From: Rhodosorus marinus CCMP1338
Lineage: Eukaryota > Plantae > Rhodophyta
Direction: 5' to 3'
NCBI GenBank assembly: GCA_029953675.1
Contig: JAMWBK010000010.1
Location: forward strand, 868,001-932,000
Length of the DNA: 64,000 nt
Both the position numbers and the translations under genes were made by a program. Positions 1-11,551 of the stretch are shown piece after piece (position 1 is the stretch's first letter; each line of letters starts with the position of its first letter). The notes under the pieces are model-generated. The model was not told the origin of the DNA and ran no database searches. It saw only the letters and a list, made by a program, of their open reading frames with translations.

Positions 1-925
1 TTCAACATGGGAATGCGGCGCGGTCACTTCTCGTTGATTGCGGTTGACGAGGTCGGTCAAGCGATGGAACCTGAAGTGCTCAGCGTTTTGGGCGGACTGA
101 TGGCTCCCAGCACGCAGCTAGTACTTGCCGGGGATCCGAAGCAACTGGGACCGGTTGTACATTCTGACCTTGCGGTGAGGTACGGCCTGGGAGTTTCCTA
201 TCTAGACCGGATTGGGCTTGCGAAGGCGTACGCCAGGGACACGGCCAAGCACCCAAGTACTTGCGGATTTGACCCCAGGGTTATCACCGAGCTGGTACGA
301 ACTTATCGACTGCCCGAGAAACTGCTTGAAGTTCCGAATACGTTGTTCTACGAAGGAGAGATGATAGCCTGCTCAAGGGTTAGACCCTTGCCATGGTCCT
401 CACTTCCTCGACAGGACATCCCTTTGATGTTCACCAATGTTGCTGGGGAGGAGATGCGAGAAGGCAGCTCTCCCTCCTGGTTCAACGTTGAGGAATTGAT
501 CCAAGTCTTGGTGTACGTCAAGGATCTTGTTCAACATCATGGGGTTCTGGAACAGGACATTGTGGTGGTTACCCCCTATGCCAAACAGAGCCAGAAGATT
601 CGGACTGCACTAAAAAAAGAGGGGCTGGTCCCGCGTGAAGGTGGGCTCAACCGAACAATTCCAGGGGCAAGAACGTCGCGTCATCTTGATTTCGACTGTG
701 CGCAGTTCACAAACGTTTCTGAACTTTGACAAACAACACCATATTGGTTTTCTGGGCAACGCGAGAAGGTTCTACGTTGCAATAACGAGGCCGAAAGAGC
801 TCCTGGTCGTGATAGGTAATGCACAAGTCTTATCTTCAGATAAGCACTGGAAGCATTTGATAGACTTTTGCATAGCTCAAGGTGCTTTCAGAGGACAGCT
901 TCCAGTTCCCAACCAAACTGAATAG
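1..925 (+). CDS. MOV10: MOV10/SDE3-like UPF1-family (SF1) RNA helicase, C-terminal part; gene starts before the window; +1 frameshift near 612-635
   Basis: GHFSLIAVDEVGQAMEPE (motif II), LVLAGDPKQLGPVV (motif III), LVRTYR, SPSWFNVEE, VVTPYAKQ; after the frame change KVGSTEQFQGQERRVILISTVRS and GFLGNARRFYVAITR. FSP/SWFN and FLGN..RF-type spacing fits the MOV10/SDE3 subfamily. Confidence 0.85.
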
Positions 926-1849
926 GTGGTCTCTTTAACCTAGACCTCCTATTCAGAATATTGCTCCAACTTGAGTTTTTTTTGCTCGTGAGCACATGGG
1001 GTAACAAGTCTCTTGAGATATGACTACAGGGTTTTGAAGCTGCGTGGGGAAGCATGTCCAACACGTTGTATCTGCGTCCAAGTCACGAAAAACATGTTCC
1101 ATTGGATGATACCGTGTTGAGGTGCTTTTTCCATAATGCTTACTTCTCATCATGCCTCGACGAGCTAAAACTTTCATTCATGCTCGTAATCGATCGCTTG
1201 GTTTTTTAAAGCAGAAAGCAGCCTTGCCAGCATAACAGCTGCGAATCAGCGAAGCTGTTGCTGACGGGCGGACGAAATCTGCCCATAGGCGCTGTTGAGC
1301 CCTTTTTGTTTACCCTCTTGAGATTGCTTTGAGGACCAAGAAATCAAAGACGAACGATCTGAGCACATCAACCTAGGAAAGGAAGCGCTTTCACAGTCCT
1401 TAACTAGAAGGGAAGAATTTGTTTCCATGATATGAGCCCTTCCCGAAGTTGCTTTGCGACAAGGCGTCCATGAGCAATGGCTTGCGACTGTTGGGGTGAC
1501 CCGCTTGGTCAAGTTCCACGCAAGACGACTGGTTTGCTCAGCTCGGGAAAGGGTAGTGGTCTTGTTTTCAGAAGCCTATCAGCTTTCGCGTATATTCCAT
1601 CGTGAGCATTTGCAGCTACCCCGCCCCCAAGTGCAAAGAACTCGGGGCAAGAGTGCCATATACTAGGGCTCTTGAAGCATTAAAAATGTTCGAGACAAGG
1701 AGCTTGCGGCAGACGATTAGAAGCACACAGCTATCATGGACTTATTCGTGCGCGAGAATCGGGGCACTCTCCTTATAATTTGGAATCCTTATCTGGTTTA
1801 ATTACTGTACTTTTTCATTATTGACATTAGTAGCATTGTTAAAAAATAT

Positions 1850-2560
1850 TTAGAACAAGTTAGCCTCAATCCCCTTCTCCAAATACACAAAGTCCTCAAA
1901 GTGCTCGGCAGTGATCTTTAGCTCTTCCGTCAGCTGTGCAGTAGATGGCGAGGGAAGCAGCATCAACGTCTTCACAACGGCCTTAGGCAAATTCAGTTGA
2001 AGAAGCTGCGCAGCTACGCGCTCGCCAGCCCCATCACCAATAACCAGCAAGTTCAAATCTTGTGGATTACTGTACAAGCTCGTCACGACACACCAGAAAG
2101 TGGACGCCTTCCACATCATGGGCTCGCTCGGGAACATGCCCTCGCTTCGAGAACGGGCAGAAATAACAGGAATTTTACAGTGCTGCAGATACGCAGCTAC
2201 ATTAGGCATAAACTGGCTGGCGGACAACTCCACCCATCCAGCTTCTGCATTCGTAATAATAATAACATCTCCATACTTCCTAGCTTCCTCCAAAAGGACC
2301 AAAGCACGGCTCTCAAGGACCGTCATCTGCGCAGAGAACTCCTCGCTTGCCTTCGCTTCATTTGACTGCATGGCGCGCTTTTCCTCCGCGAAGAGGTGCG
2401 TCGACGACAGAATCGTATCATCCCAATCCAAAATCGTCAGCGTGTGCTTTCGGGGCGCCGCCCTCGGAACGCTCTTTACCGGCGCCTCCGTTCCAATCGC
2501 ATTCCATCCAGCCTCGAGGGGCATCGCCTTCTCAACCACAACATCTCCATCAAGTGCCAT
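1850..2560 (-). CDS. HAD-superfamily hydrolase-like protein (DWDDT type), intronless
   Basis: ATG at 2560, 236 aa. Motif I LTILDWDDTILSS, motif II IIITNAEAGWVELS, ISAR..E...P..WK, motif IV LLVIGDG. Resembles a conserved protist HAD family. Confidence 0.7.
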   Translation of the reverse strand: MALDGDVVVEKAMPLEAGWNAIGTEAPVKSVPRAAPRKHTLTILDWDDTILSSTHLFAEEKRAMQSNEAKASEEFSAQMTVLESRALVLLEEARKYGDVIIITNAEAGWVELSASQFMPNVAAYLQHCKIPVISARSRSEGMFPSEPMMWKASTFWCVVTSLYSNPQDLNLLVIGDGAGERVAAQLLQLNLPKAVVKTLMLLPSPSTAQLTEELKITAEHFEDFVYLEKGIEANLF

Positions 2561-5500
2561 CTTTACAAATATTTCACCCCTCTACAAACACCAAAACAAC
2601 TCTCCTTCTAAAATATACAACCAACTCTTCACCAAACTACTGACCTCCAGTGACACCAACTCGCACACCTCAACCTCTTGCCTCTCCTTATATAGCCGCC
2701 CCCCCCTCCCCCCCAAAAAACCCCTAGAAGTCTCTCTCCCATGCACAGAGCGCCATGGAAAATGTCAGCTTCCCTCTGCCCAACGAAATTCAAGGAAAAA
2801 AAATATACTCTCTCTAAAGGATGTAAAGCACCCTGGAAAACAGGGATGTAAACAAATTGGACCTTTCACAGCCATTTCCGTCTTTTTAAAAATGACTACT
2901 AATCTCTCTTCTTTCCCCACCCCCTACCTCCCGCCGCTCCCCTTTCACTCTACGTTTTCCCTACCCCCCTTCCTTTTAGTGCTCACAAGCTGCCAATGGA
3001 GGCCCTGACTGTTGCCACCTATAGAATTTTAGAATTTTACAGAAGGACTTTCCAATTTTGTTCAGGCCTTTGGGGTAACCATCTTTTAGGGGTTTAGAAT
3101 ACCTCCCCCTCAGGTTCTCTTGGAAGGGTGCCATTAGGGGTTGTTCAAAAACTTGTTTTGTTTTGGGGTTACACCATGCTTGTTTGGAACTTGGGAAGCG
3201 GATTTTAGTCTCCCTTCCAATTAGAATTCGAAGAGTACTCTGAACTGAACTCCGCATTGGATAACAATGTCTACCAGTTACCAGCAGTTTCAGCCCAGGC
3301 TCTTTTTTTTTTCTTTTCTTTTTAATATCTCGTCTGGATAGACTTGGGGCTGAATAAGTCGATTAAATCGTAGAAAAGATTTCTTAAAAACATTAGAGCA
3401 GTCGTATGATGTTGTGATTGGAGTTCTCGAAAAGGTGTCGTCAATAATGATTGGTTTCCTGCTTCACGCCACCCAATCGGGTCTGTCTCTAAAAATATTA
3501 TTCCGCAAAATTATATCAAGCCTACACTGTGATGGACCAACCAAGAGATAGAAACGTTCCAAGTTGATTCGGTTCTGGGAAAATGAGAGTTTCAGGATCC
3601 CCTACCCCTTCTCTAAGTTGAAATCGAATTCTGTTCTAAGTGGTAAAATAACTTTTAAAGAAATACCATCTCCGAGCTTGAAGAATTTTACCCCTCCTAT
3701 GGCACCATGTTTATCGGAAGAAGGGGATGAACCAATAGTACACTGATTACATTTGATTACATTCTTGGTCTTTCTTCTTCTTTTCCGGAAGGCACTATTG
3801 TGGCCCGTGTACATGGGTAACACGAAAGAAGTAGAAAAAAGCCTGGAAGTTAATAACGCCTGCAAGAATCCTGGTTCGAGAAACAACGACAAAAAACAAA
3901 ATACGAAGGGTGGCCGGAACGATCTTTTTCTGAATGGATTGATTACCGAAGGCAGCATATTTGTATCCTTATTCAATAAAATTACGCTTTAGCCAACTTT
4001 TTTGTAAGATGTTCAAGGGTCTAGCAGTTGACAAAGGTGGAAGATGAAGATTTTTCCTTTTTGGAGGTGCGGAGGATGGTCCGGGGCGGGGGGGAGTGAA
4101 GGGGAGAGGGAAGGTACTTTTGAAAACTCACTCTTGACCATAGAAACCCGGGGAAAAGTCTAGTCAATCAAGAAACCTCTCACGCACCCCCCCCAAAAAA
4201 CTGAAGATTTTCCATACCCAATCTCTCTCTCTTGGTATCGCTCTCCGAAAATGGCTTTTCTGCGTGCTAAGCTTGACACTTCTTGTTTTTTGAAAATAAT
4301 ATGTTCGTGAATTCGATGAGCCCATTTTCTTCCTTCCAAGGAAATTATTGTCTATACTGCCCTACAGTACTGCTGTCCCCTGGACAACCCAAATTTGTGT
4401 GTGATCTTTGTTTAATGATAATTCTTCTCATCCCCATCCCCCGCGGATGGGGGGGCGGATCAAGGTCGCCCTGGGTAGCCCCCTGACGTCCAGCAACGAT
4501 GGGAAATACCTGCGTTGCGGCTCGTTTTGGTCACGCGGGTTTTTGATCCCGTTCGGAGTTCCTAGTTGTCTAATTTGGTAATGACATTTTCAGAATTAGA
4601 GTTTCTGTTGTCTTTCTGCCTCCTCACGAGCTGAGTTGTCCCAAAATAGGGGTTTTCTTTTCTTTTTTGGGGAAGGCTATTTCCGTGGTTGCTGGTGAAA
4701 AACTGCGCTTCTACAATGCGCCAGGAAGAAGGGTTCCAAAAGCGGGAAGGGAACAGCATCAGCACCTGGATCCGCTCCACACACATCGAACCGACGATCA
4801 ACCACTTTGGCAGAGGTGTTGAGCAGATTTACCGTGTAGGGGTGGGGAGGGGGGGGGGTTGGCCACAGAAAGTACGGAATGTACAGAACGTACAGAACGC
4901 GGCCTAGGCAGCTAGTGTTTCTTAGAGACGTATCCAGCACGAGGGCTACCCACTCGACCTACGAGCACAGGAATTGCACCATTCTGCAGCAGCACGCTAA
5001 AGGGATGGCGGCATCTTGCTGCACCCCCATATTCGAGCAGGAAACATAGGAACGTCAAGCTACGAGCGAACAAGGTTGTGTGATACAATTGCGCAGGTGG
5101 AGCCCAGTCTCATTGCCTAGAGAAGTACGGGTATCTGGGACGTCCGGTCCCCTTCACTCCGCTAGAAATGGAGCGCCCCATCCGTTTACCCGTCCGTTTA
5201 CCCATCCGTTTGCTCGTACATCCAAGGTGCCCCGTCCTTCCAAATTATTTATGAAAAACAAACTTAGCTCAATAAGCTTCTGTTTCCGGTTTATAGAAAT
5301 CTTTCTGGGGAAGAGCTGCGGCAGGTGCCATATTTAGTTCCGGTCGGTGGGAACCGGTCCATAGCAACAAGGGTATTCATTGACCTATTGCTTCTTGATG
5401 CCAACCGAAGCTGGTAAGAACCAGGGCTGGTTGTGGTGCGGTCTGGTTTCCCCGTTTTCAGTTGCGGCTTTGTGGCTGTCCGCTGCTTGGCGCTTTCAAC

Positions 5501-6282
5501 TCGCATTGACGTTGGGACGATCTTCCGAAGAAGTTTGGGAGACATTGACATTTTCGTACAATCTTCTGCTCGTTTGGAAAGTGCCAAACTCCGGGAGCGG
5601 CGCGACGCGAGCTTATTATCTTGCTATTATTGTCCTACGCGGAGGCTGTACGCTGAGAGGCGATTTTTCAGCCGCACTTCGCAATAATGTCCATTGTTCG
5701 TCTTGTCTCTATTGACAGTAACGATTGGAATGGGCCCACAATTGAGCCTTTCCATCCACAAAACAGGACCAAAGGGCGACAGCTGGGTATCTTCTCCGTA
5801 CCCTGACAGAAGTCAACTATGGCTGCGGTTCTACCTTCGAGTTTGTGCACCGGCTAGTGGCCAATCTACATCGAAGAGATTGCACACTAGTGCGTTTCCA
5901 AATTTGGACAAAGCGTTAAAGGATTCCAATCCCATTAAGCCCCCGCGCAGGAATGTTTGCCCCCCCCTCCCATGTTGCAGAATCTGCTTAACATGGGTTT
6001 GCTCACTTACCAACCCATCTCCCCTGCGCGAATAGTAGTTGGAAAGCTCCCCTATAGCACGAAAAAGCAACCTTCGAAACTGCGTACCGAAGAATATATA
6101 AATAGCGCAAGAGTAGCAGCCACGCAAGAAAGCGCATAATTCGTTTGCGTATGAAAATAATCCAATATTCTTGAAAAGCAAAAAACCGAATTATAAGGCA
6201 CCACGTGTTCTTGCATACCAATCAAGGAGCGATCTCATTCATCCAACTAAGGCTCGATTAGTGTCCTTGTTGTTCCAATAAT

Positions 6283-6400
6283 TGAAACGTCCTGAGATGA
6301 CGTTGTCGTGGTTTCAATTTCTTCGTAAATCGGCTTTTACTTTTGTCTCAGATTTAACTTCTTTTTCCTAACTCTTCCTAACTTCTTCAGCCTTTTATTC
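6283..6400. repeat. ~120-bp direct repeat, copy 1 (copy 2 at 8634-8760); 5' leader segment of the minus-strand gypsy-like element
   Basis: Both copies contain TGAAACGTCCT(G/C)AGATGACGTT...GGTTTCAATTTCTTCGTAAATCGGCTTTTACTTTTGTCTCAGATTTAACTTC. Copy 2 lies between the candidate LTR and gag of the gypsy element. Confidence 0.9.
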
Positions 6401-7765
6401 TGTTGAAACGGTCACCACACACGATTAACGGTGACCATCCGCTCTCAGCGGATAGAAGTATTGGATCTACCGTGCGCCAACAGAAGGACAATCCCCACAT
6501 TGTCCTACATATGGTAGCACCGGTGTGTGGATGGTATACGGTAGGTCAACCGGATAGAGGTTCAACGTTTGAAGTAGTTTGAACCGTACAAGACATCGAT
6601 CATTTCCACGGTATAGTAGATTACTTAGGTGGGAGATATCGACCCCAATATGGTCAGGGAAACAATAAAGAAACTATCGAAGTTTGGCTGACGGGACTTT
6701 GATCAAGGTTGGGAAACCCCGAAAAACGCAACATGGTCTTATCGCAAGGTGCGATGTTATGAGAGAGGCGTTTATTCTTTAAGGATTGGACTTTAAAGAT
6801 TGGGTTTTCGAGAGTATGGCGACGAGGACCAGGGGGAGCGCTAGCGAACATGACGCGCGCTTGAAGGACTTCGCGCTACCGTCAGTGTTTACCGGGGATC
6901 AGGATTCGTATCGATCCTTCTGGAATTGGAGACACCAGGTAGAATGCTACTTGACGGTCCAAGGACTAAGGGATGTACTCGACAACCCCATAGACGCGAC
7001 CGAAGCAGAGAAACAGTATGTTTCAGCTGTGTTCTCCGAAGTGCTGGACGGGCCAGCACTGGACACTGCCTTCGCCTCTTCCAGAGAGGCCGCTCCGGGA
7101 GAGGTGTGGGCGACACTACGGGCTATGTATGAGCCCTCATCGCACAAGGCGGTTGACAAGGTATGGAGCAGAGTGTACAGGCGGAAACTACACTCGGCTG
7201 AAGCCCCTCGGTCCCTGGTTAACTCGTTAGAAAACCAGTTTGCGGAGATACGAGAGATCACGGTCGTGCCACCCACGGAGGATGAGAAAAGACGCGTTCT
7301 CATCAAGATACTGGAGGAACGGCGTGAGTACTCAGAGTTCCTGTACAAAGCATATAAGGATCCCAATTCGAATTGGATCAGCCCGTGCAAAGACTTCGAA
7401 GAATTACACAGGCTGCGAGGATCAAATGTGGATAGGCCTGACAGGTCTACAAAGTCAGAGCCCATCGTTAAGGAGCCCAGAGAGCATCGTGTTTTGACGA
7501 TGACAGCGAAAAAGAAGAAGAGTAACCCCAAACGAATCGTGTGTTTCGGGTGTAAGAACTTCGGCCATATACGAGCCAACTGTCCTGAGGAGCAGGACAA
7601 GGAGGAAAACAGGCCGGAAACGCGAAGATTCCACGCATGAATGACTGCGGTCAGAGCTCCAGCGAGGTTCGTGCTGGACTCTGGAGCAACGGACCACATG
7701 TTCACCTCGGAGATTGCATTCTCGGGCCCCACAAGGATGGTTGACACTGACGTCACACTCGTAAA
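6401..7765 (+). mobile_element. Ty1/copia LTR retrotransposon, 3'-truncated: putative 5' LTR start, gag (ATG 6816 to TGA 7640), start of protease
   Basis: Begins abruptly with TGTTG at 6401. Gag has copia-like features (FWNWRHQVECYLTVQGLRDVL) and zinc knuckle CFGCKNFGHIRANC. In frame after the TGA comes MTAVRAPARFVLDSGATDHMF, the copia protease LDSGA motif. Coding similarity ends near 7765. LTR end and PBS (possibly CA at 6646-6647, TGG at 6651) are uncertain. Confidence 0.85.
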
Positions 7766-7966
7766 GTCCAAACGGTGTTATGAACGCGGTTTTTGGTATA
7801 CCTGCTTCCTGCACTCGTAGCTGCCAGTCTCCGCTACGCAAATCGATGACTGAAATGAACTCTGCTTGCCCAACAGAATCTAAGCAGTCGTCAATTCGGG
7901 GAGGGCTGGTTCGATTCGGGATCGCGATTGCGTTCAAGCGCCTATAGTCGAGGCAAAGGCGTTGTC

Positions 7967-8000
7967 CACCGTGACTTTTTGTCAACAAAAAGTCACGGTG
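7967..8000. repeat. Perfect 15-bp-arm palindrome inside the degenerate gypsy RT
   Basis: CACCGTGACTTTTTG-TCAA-CAAAAAGTCACGGTG. Confidence 0.95.
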
Positions 8001-8782
8001 CGGCGTAAGGGGAAGAACTGGGCCTAACCAGCCCGTTCTGTAACAGCTCCTGCACTTGTCTCTTCAGCTCTTGCCCGTCGCGCAGACTCATTCTATATGG
8101 TCTCTGGGCTGGTGGGCTTGCGCCAGGTTTCTACGCAAGTTCGAAGTTAACTTCTCTCCAGGGTGGCAAGTCCTTGACGTTTCCTCAAAACGTCAAGGAA
8201 GTTAGTGTTCGCCCAATCGGAGAAGGTTATCTGCAAACTGTCGGCATCTTGCTCAACACCTTCTGGATTCAAGGTTGTCTCAAATCCGTTGTGGGTTTTT
8301 GATTTTCGGGTGTTAACGACCACCAATATGATGCGTCTCCAGTGAGATAACCCTCGGCCAGGGTATTCTTATATTCATCGTCGTCTTCGGGTAGTCGCGC
8401 CAATTTAAAATACGTTCGTAGGCTGTTTAGGAACGTGCTAATCAACAATGCATCCCTGCGTCCGTCGTAGGTCTTCGGTTGCAGGGCCTGGATCTTTTTG
8501 AGTGACAATATTCTGGTTCTGGTTCCTGGGCCTCGGGTTTACTGGTTTTCTGGTTCTGGGCTCATTTGCGTTGTCCTTCAGGTTCTCTGGCTCCGCGTCG
8601 GTTCCTCAATCGCATGCATGGGATGAGACCAACTGAAACGTCCTCAGATGACGTTTGTTCTGGTTTCAATTTCTTCGTAAATCGGCTTTTACTTTTGTCT
8701 CAGATTTAACTTCGGTTTTCTAACCCTTCCTAACCAACTCCCTTCTTCACCCTTTTCTTCCTACGGCCAACCCAGAGAGAAA

Positions 8783-8948
8783 TGTCATAGTTACAGTATA
8801 TATAGGCTAAGGTCAGCGTGCCAAATCTTGTCACGATTCTCCACTTTAGCCCTCCCGCCATGCTATGTTTAGCCCTCAAGCCTTGCTAGGCCGTGCTAGG
8901 TTTAGCACTCTGGCCGTGCTACTGAACCTGTCTCTTCAGGACATGACA
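8783..8948 (-). repeat. Candidate 166-bp LTR of the gypsy element
   Basis: Bounded by TGTCAT...ATGACA (TG...CA with 6-bp terminal inverted repeat), directly upstream of the leader and gag on the minus strand. No second LTR in the window and no canonical TGG PBS. Confidence 0.55.
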
Positions 8949-9916
8949 AGAATGCCCCATTTACGTCCTATTGACGAAATTCTTATGACCAAACTAGGAC
9001 TCCTGGGCTTCCCGGGAAGATCTTGACTGACTCTTAGCACTATCCAATTATCATCAATTTAGTGTCCCAGCGGAAATGATATTGTGAAATAATAGTAGAA
9101 ATTCGCCGCAGAAAAAGCGTAAGTTGACTGACATACGAAATTTCTCAAACATTATAAGCCAACGAGGAGTGACGCTTAATGGATTCCTGTTTTATACATT
9201 TTTAGCTTCTAAATCTATACGGTTCGTATTTCAAAACATGGCCGACTATTCTCTGGTATGTTCAAAAAAGCGTTTAGGGTTTAAATTATGATATAATAGA
9301 ATCATAATGTAGAATTCTCTGTGGTCGAGAGGGCAAATGCGTATTTTTTTGTCGTTCGGATTGATCGGCTGTTCTAACCTTTTTTGGGGGAGGTTGTTTG
9401 GATTGACTTGCGGTTGCCCTCGAAAACTGTTTTTTTTTCTGTGTTTCATGGACGGGAGGAGAACGAGAGCCAAGAGACTGTTCACTTTCGGGTAGGATGT
9501 GTACCTGTCGAAAGGCGGAGGACGTTTCTTTCCCGGTTGCACAGGGTACTTGAACGTTCCTGAATTTCTATAGCCTTTCCGATTCTGTATGTTCTCTTAG
9601 GGTGAGCTTCATTGAAGAAGCTTTTTTGGGATCTTGGGAAGGGAGGGAAGACGCGATCTGGGATAGAATTTGGGCCTGTGGGTTTTCTGTTCTCATTTTT
9701 TTGGAACCGGTGGCTGCCTCCGGTCTTTTCTTTTTGCGCAGTTCATCTGGATCCGCTGCGATCGAACTGTTCGTGTGCTGTTTTCGGACGGAGAGTAAGA
9801 GCGTGGGGACTTGGGAGTGATGTACTGAGGTTGGAGTTGCTTGGGTCGGGTGTGGAAGAAGTGGAAGGGTCTAGAATGGTGTGTAAATTGTCTTTTTCGG
9901 CTTGGTGAACTCAGAA

Positions 9917-10816
9917 ATGGCTGCTTCGAACCCGGAGAGGCGTGTCCGTTTCTCAGGACTTAGCTGGTGGTACAAGGACAGCGATTTAGAGACTCTCTGT
10001 TCCAGTCATGGCGAAGTCTTGGGCTTGTCGATCGAATACGACCATGCTAATGGTAGGTCGCTCGGGCGTGCAGAAGTGGAGTTTTCTGATTCGGACGCAG
10101 CGATCAAGGCGCATGAAGCACTGAAAGACCACGATTTTGGGAGGGAGGTATCCGTGACTCTTACGTCAACGGATCAAGAGAACGTGGGAAACGCACAGAC
10201 AGGAGCGAGTGGAAAGCATGATAACCTTGAACCCTCTGTCACCTCGAGGCCTCCCCCGATGCCATTTGTTGGACCGTTCGGTCAACCCGTCCCTAGACCG
10301 GTATTTCCTCCGAATCTTTCGGGAGTACCTCCAGTTGGCTTTCAGGTACGTAGATGCTTATGCAGTCGTCCTAGAGTTCCGTTTTTTTTGTCTACTGAGG
10401 ATCGGACGTGTTGCGTTGCTGGGAACGTGAGTAGGCTGGAGGATTTCCGATGATGATGCCGGGCATGATGCAACCAATGCCCCCAGTGCAACCAATGCAA
10501 CCTGTCGTCGACTCCAGCAAGAGGTCAGCAGCGCAATGCTAAGCCAATAATCCTATCGATTGCCTACCATAGCCTAAACGAATTTGTGATTTTTTCGACT
10601 TCTGCAGTAGACGAGGAAGGAACTGGGAGGGGCAGGACGGGGACTCGAAAAGACGAAGAGAGGATTCCTCTGGACGTGCAAGAGATAAGGACAGGGACAG
10701 GGATCGGGATCAGGGTCGCAAGGATCGAGACAAGGATCGAGATGGGAACCACTCGAGCGGTAGAGACCGTGATCGCGATAGGGACAGGGATCGTGATAGA
10801 GACCGTACCCGCGATA

Positions 10817-10847
<31 letters not shown>

Positions 10848-11088
10848 TGACCGAGACCGAGACCGAGACCGTGACCGAGACCGAGACCGCGACCGGGGTA
10901 GGCCTGATGACAGGGGACGAGATAGTCGCGATAAGAGAGATCGTGGACGTTCGCACCGAGACTATGATGACCAGTAAGAGCCGGACCGAAGCGTCGTTTC
11001 TTCCAAAGCATTTTTCTAACGAGCGTTCTCTGCGAACAACAGCCGTGACAAGAGCGACAAGGGTCGAAGCCGTCATCGGCGCAGGTAA
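9917..11088 (+). CDS. CPSF6/CPSF7 (CFIm68/59)-like RRM protein with Pro-rich middle and RD/RS-rich tail; about 4 exons
   Basis: RRM VRFSGLSWWYKDSDL...EYDHANGRSLGRAEVEF, with the LxWW and ANG.S.G signatures of CPSF6/7. Pro/Met-rich exon, then (GACCGA)n RD repeats. Intron 10974-11042 (GTAAG..CTAAC..CAG) restores the frame to ...GRSRHRRR-stop at 11088. Confidence 0.7.
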
Positions 11089-11447
11089 CGCCCCGATGCA
11101 GGGGGCATGCTTGGACATGGGATACGGACAAAAGCGGCAACGTTTGGAGTCGGTTAACGGCTCTATGGACAGAACCATGACCAACATGGGCAATGTATTC
11201 TTAACGAAGGGACTACCAATTTAGTAGGAAGCTAATAGTTACTAATCGTTTACGACTAACGGAATATTCAAATTTTTTTCTTCTATTTGTAACCCTGCCC
11301 CTGTTGATGCCACCCCCCTTACCATCGCTAACCATCAGACACCGTGTGCCTAAACTGTTATGCTTTGATGAAGAGGCTACCCCTACCTCATTCGCGGGAG
11401 ACGCTAAGAACTTGAAGACAGCACTGCTTTTCGGTCCTATTTCTATG

Positions 11448-11551
11448 CATGACTTCTGATGAGCCACCAGCCTTCCTCAGCACAGATCCGAGAATAAATC
11501 CATGACTTCTGATGAGCCACCAGCATTCCTCAGCAAAGATCCGAGAATAAA
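11448..11551. repeat. Tandem duplication, 2 x 53 bp
   Basis: CATGACTTCTGATGAGCCACCAGC(C/A)TTCCTCAGCA(C/A)AGATCCGAGAATAAA at 11448 and 11501. Confidence 0.95.

Larger units (their letters stand above)
7766..8948 (-). mobile_element. Ty3/gypsy LTR retrotransposon remnant with internal deletion, stops and frameshifts (LTR, leader, gag fragment, RT N-terminal fragment)
   Basis: Gag-like PKTYDGRRDALLISTFLNSLRTYF...LTGDASYWW (8269-8508) runs directly into the RT N-terminus: LPPWREVNFEL..PGASPPAQRPYRMS...LVRPSSSPYAAP, RLCLDYRRLN, PRIDDCLDSV...IDLRSG..Q.RV....KTAFITPFGLYE. Confidence 0.9.

Noticed and set aside
2100-3008. 302-aa plus-strand ORF
   Set aside because: Antisense shadow of the HAD gene running into C/T-rich promoter DNA; no motifs.
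6947-7771. 274-aa minus-strand ORF
   Set aside because: Antisense shadow of copia gag.
10564-11224. ET-, VS- and GLGH-repeat ORFs; (GAGACC)n array as a possible CRISPR or minisatellite
   Set aside because: These are alternative frames of the hexamer repeat encoding the RD domain. There are no unique spacers and no cas genes.
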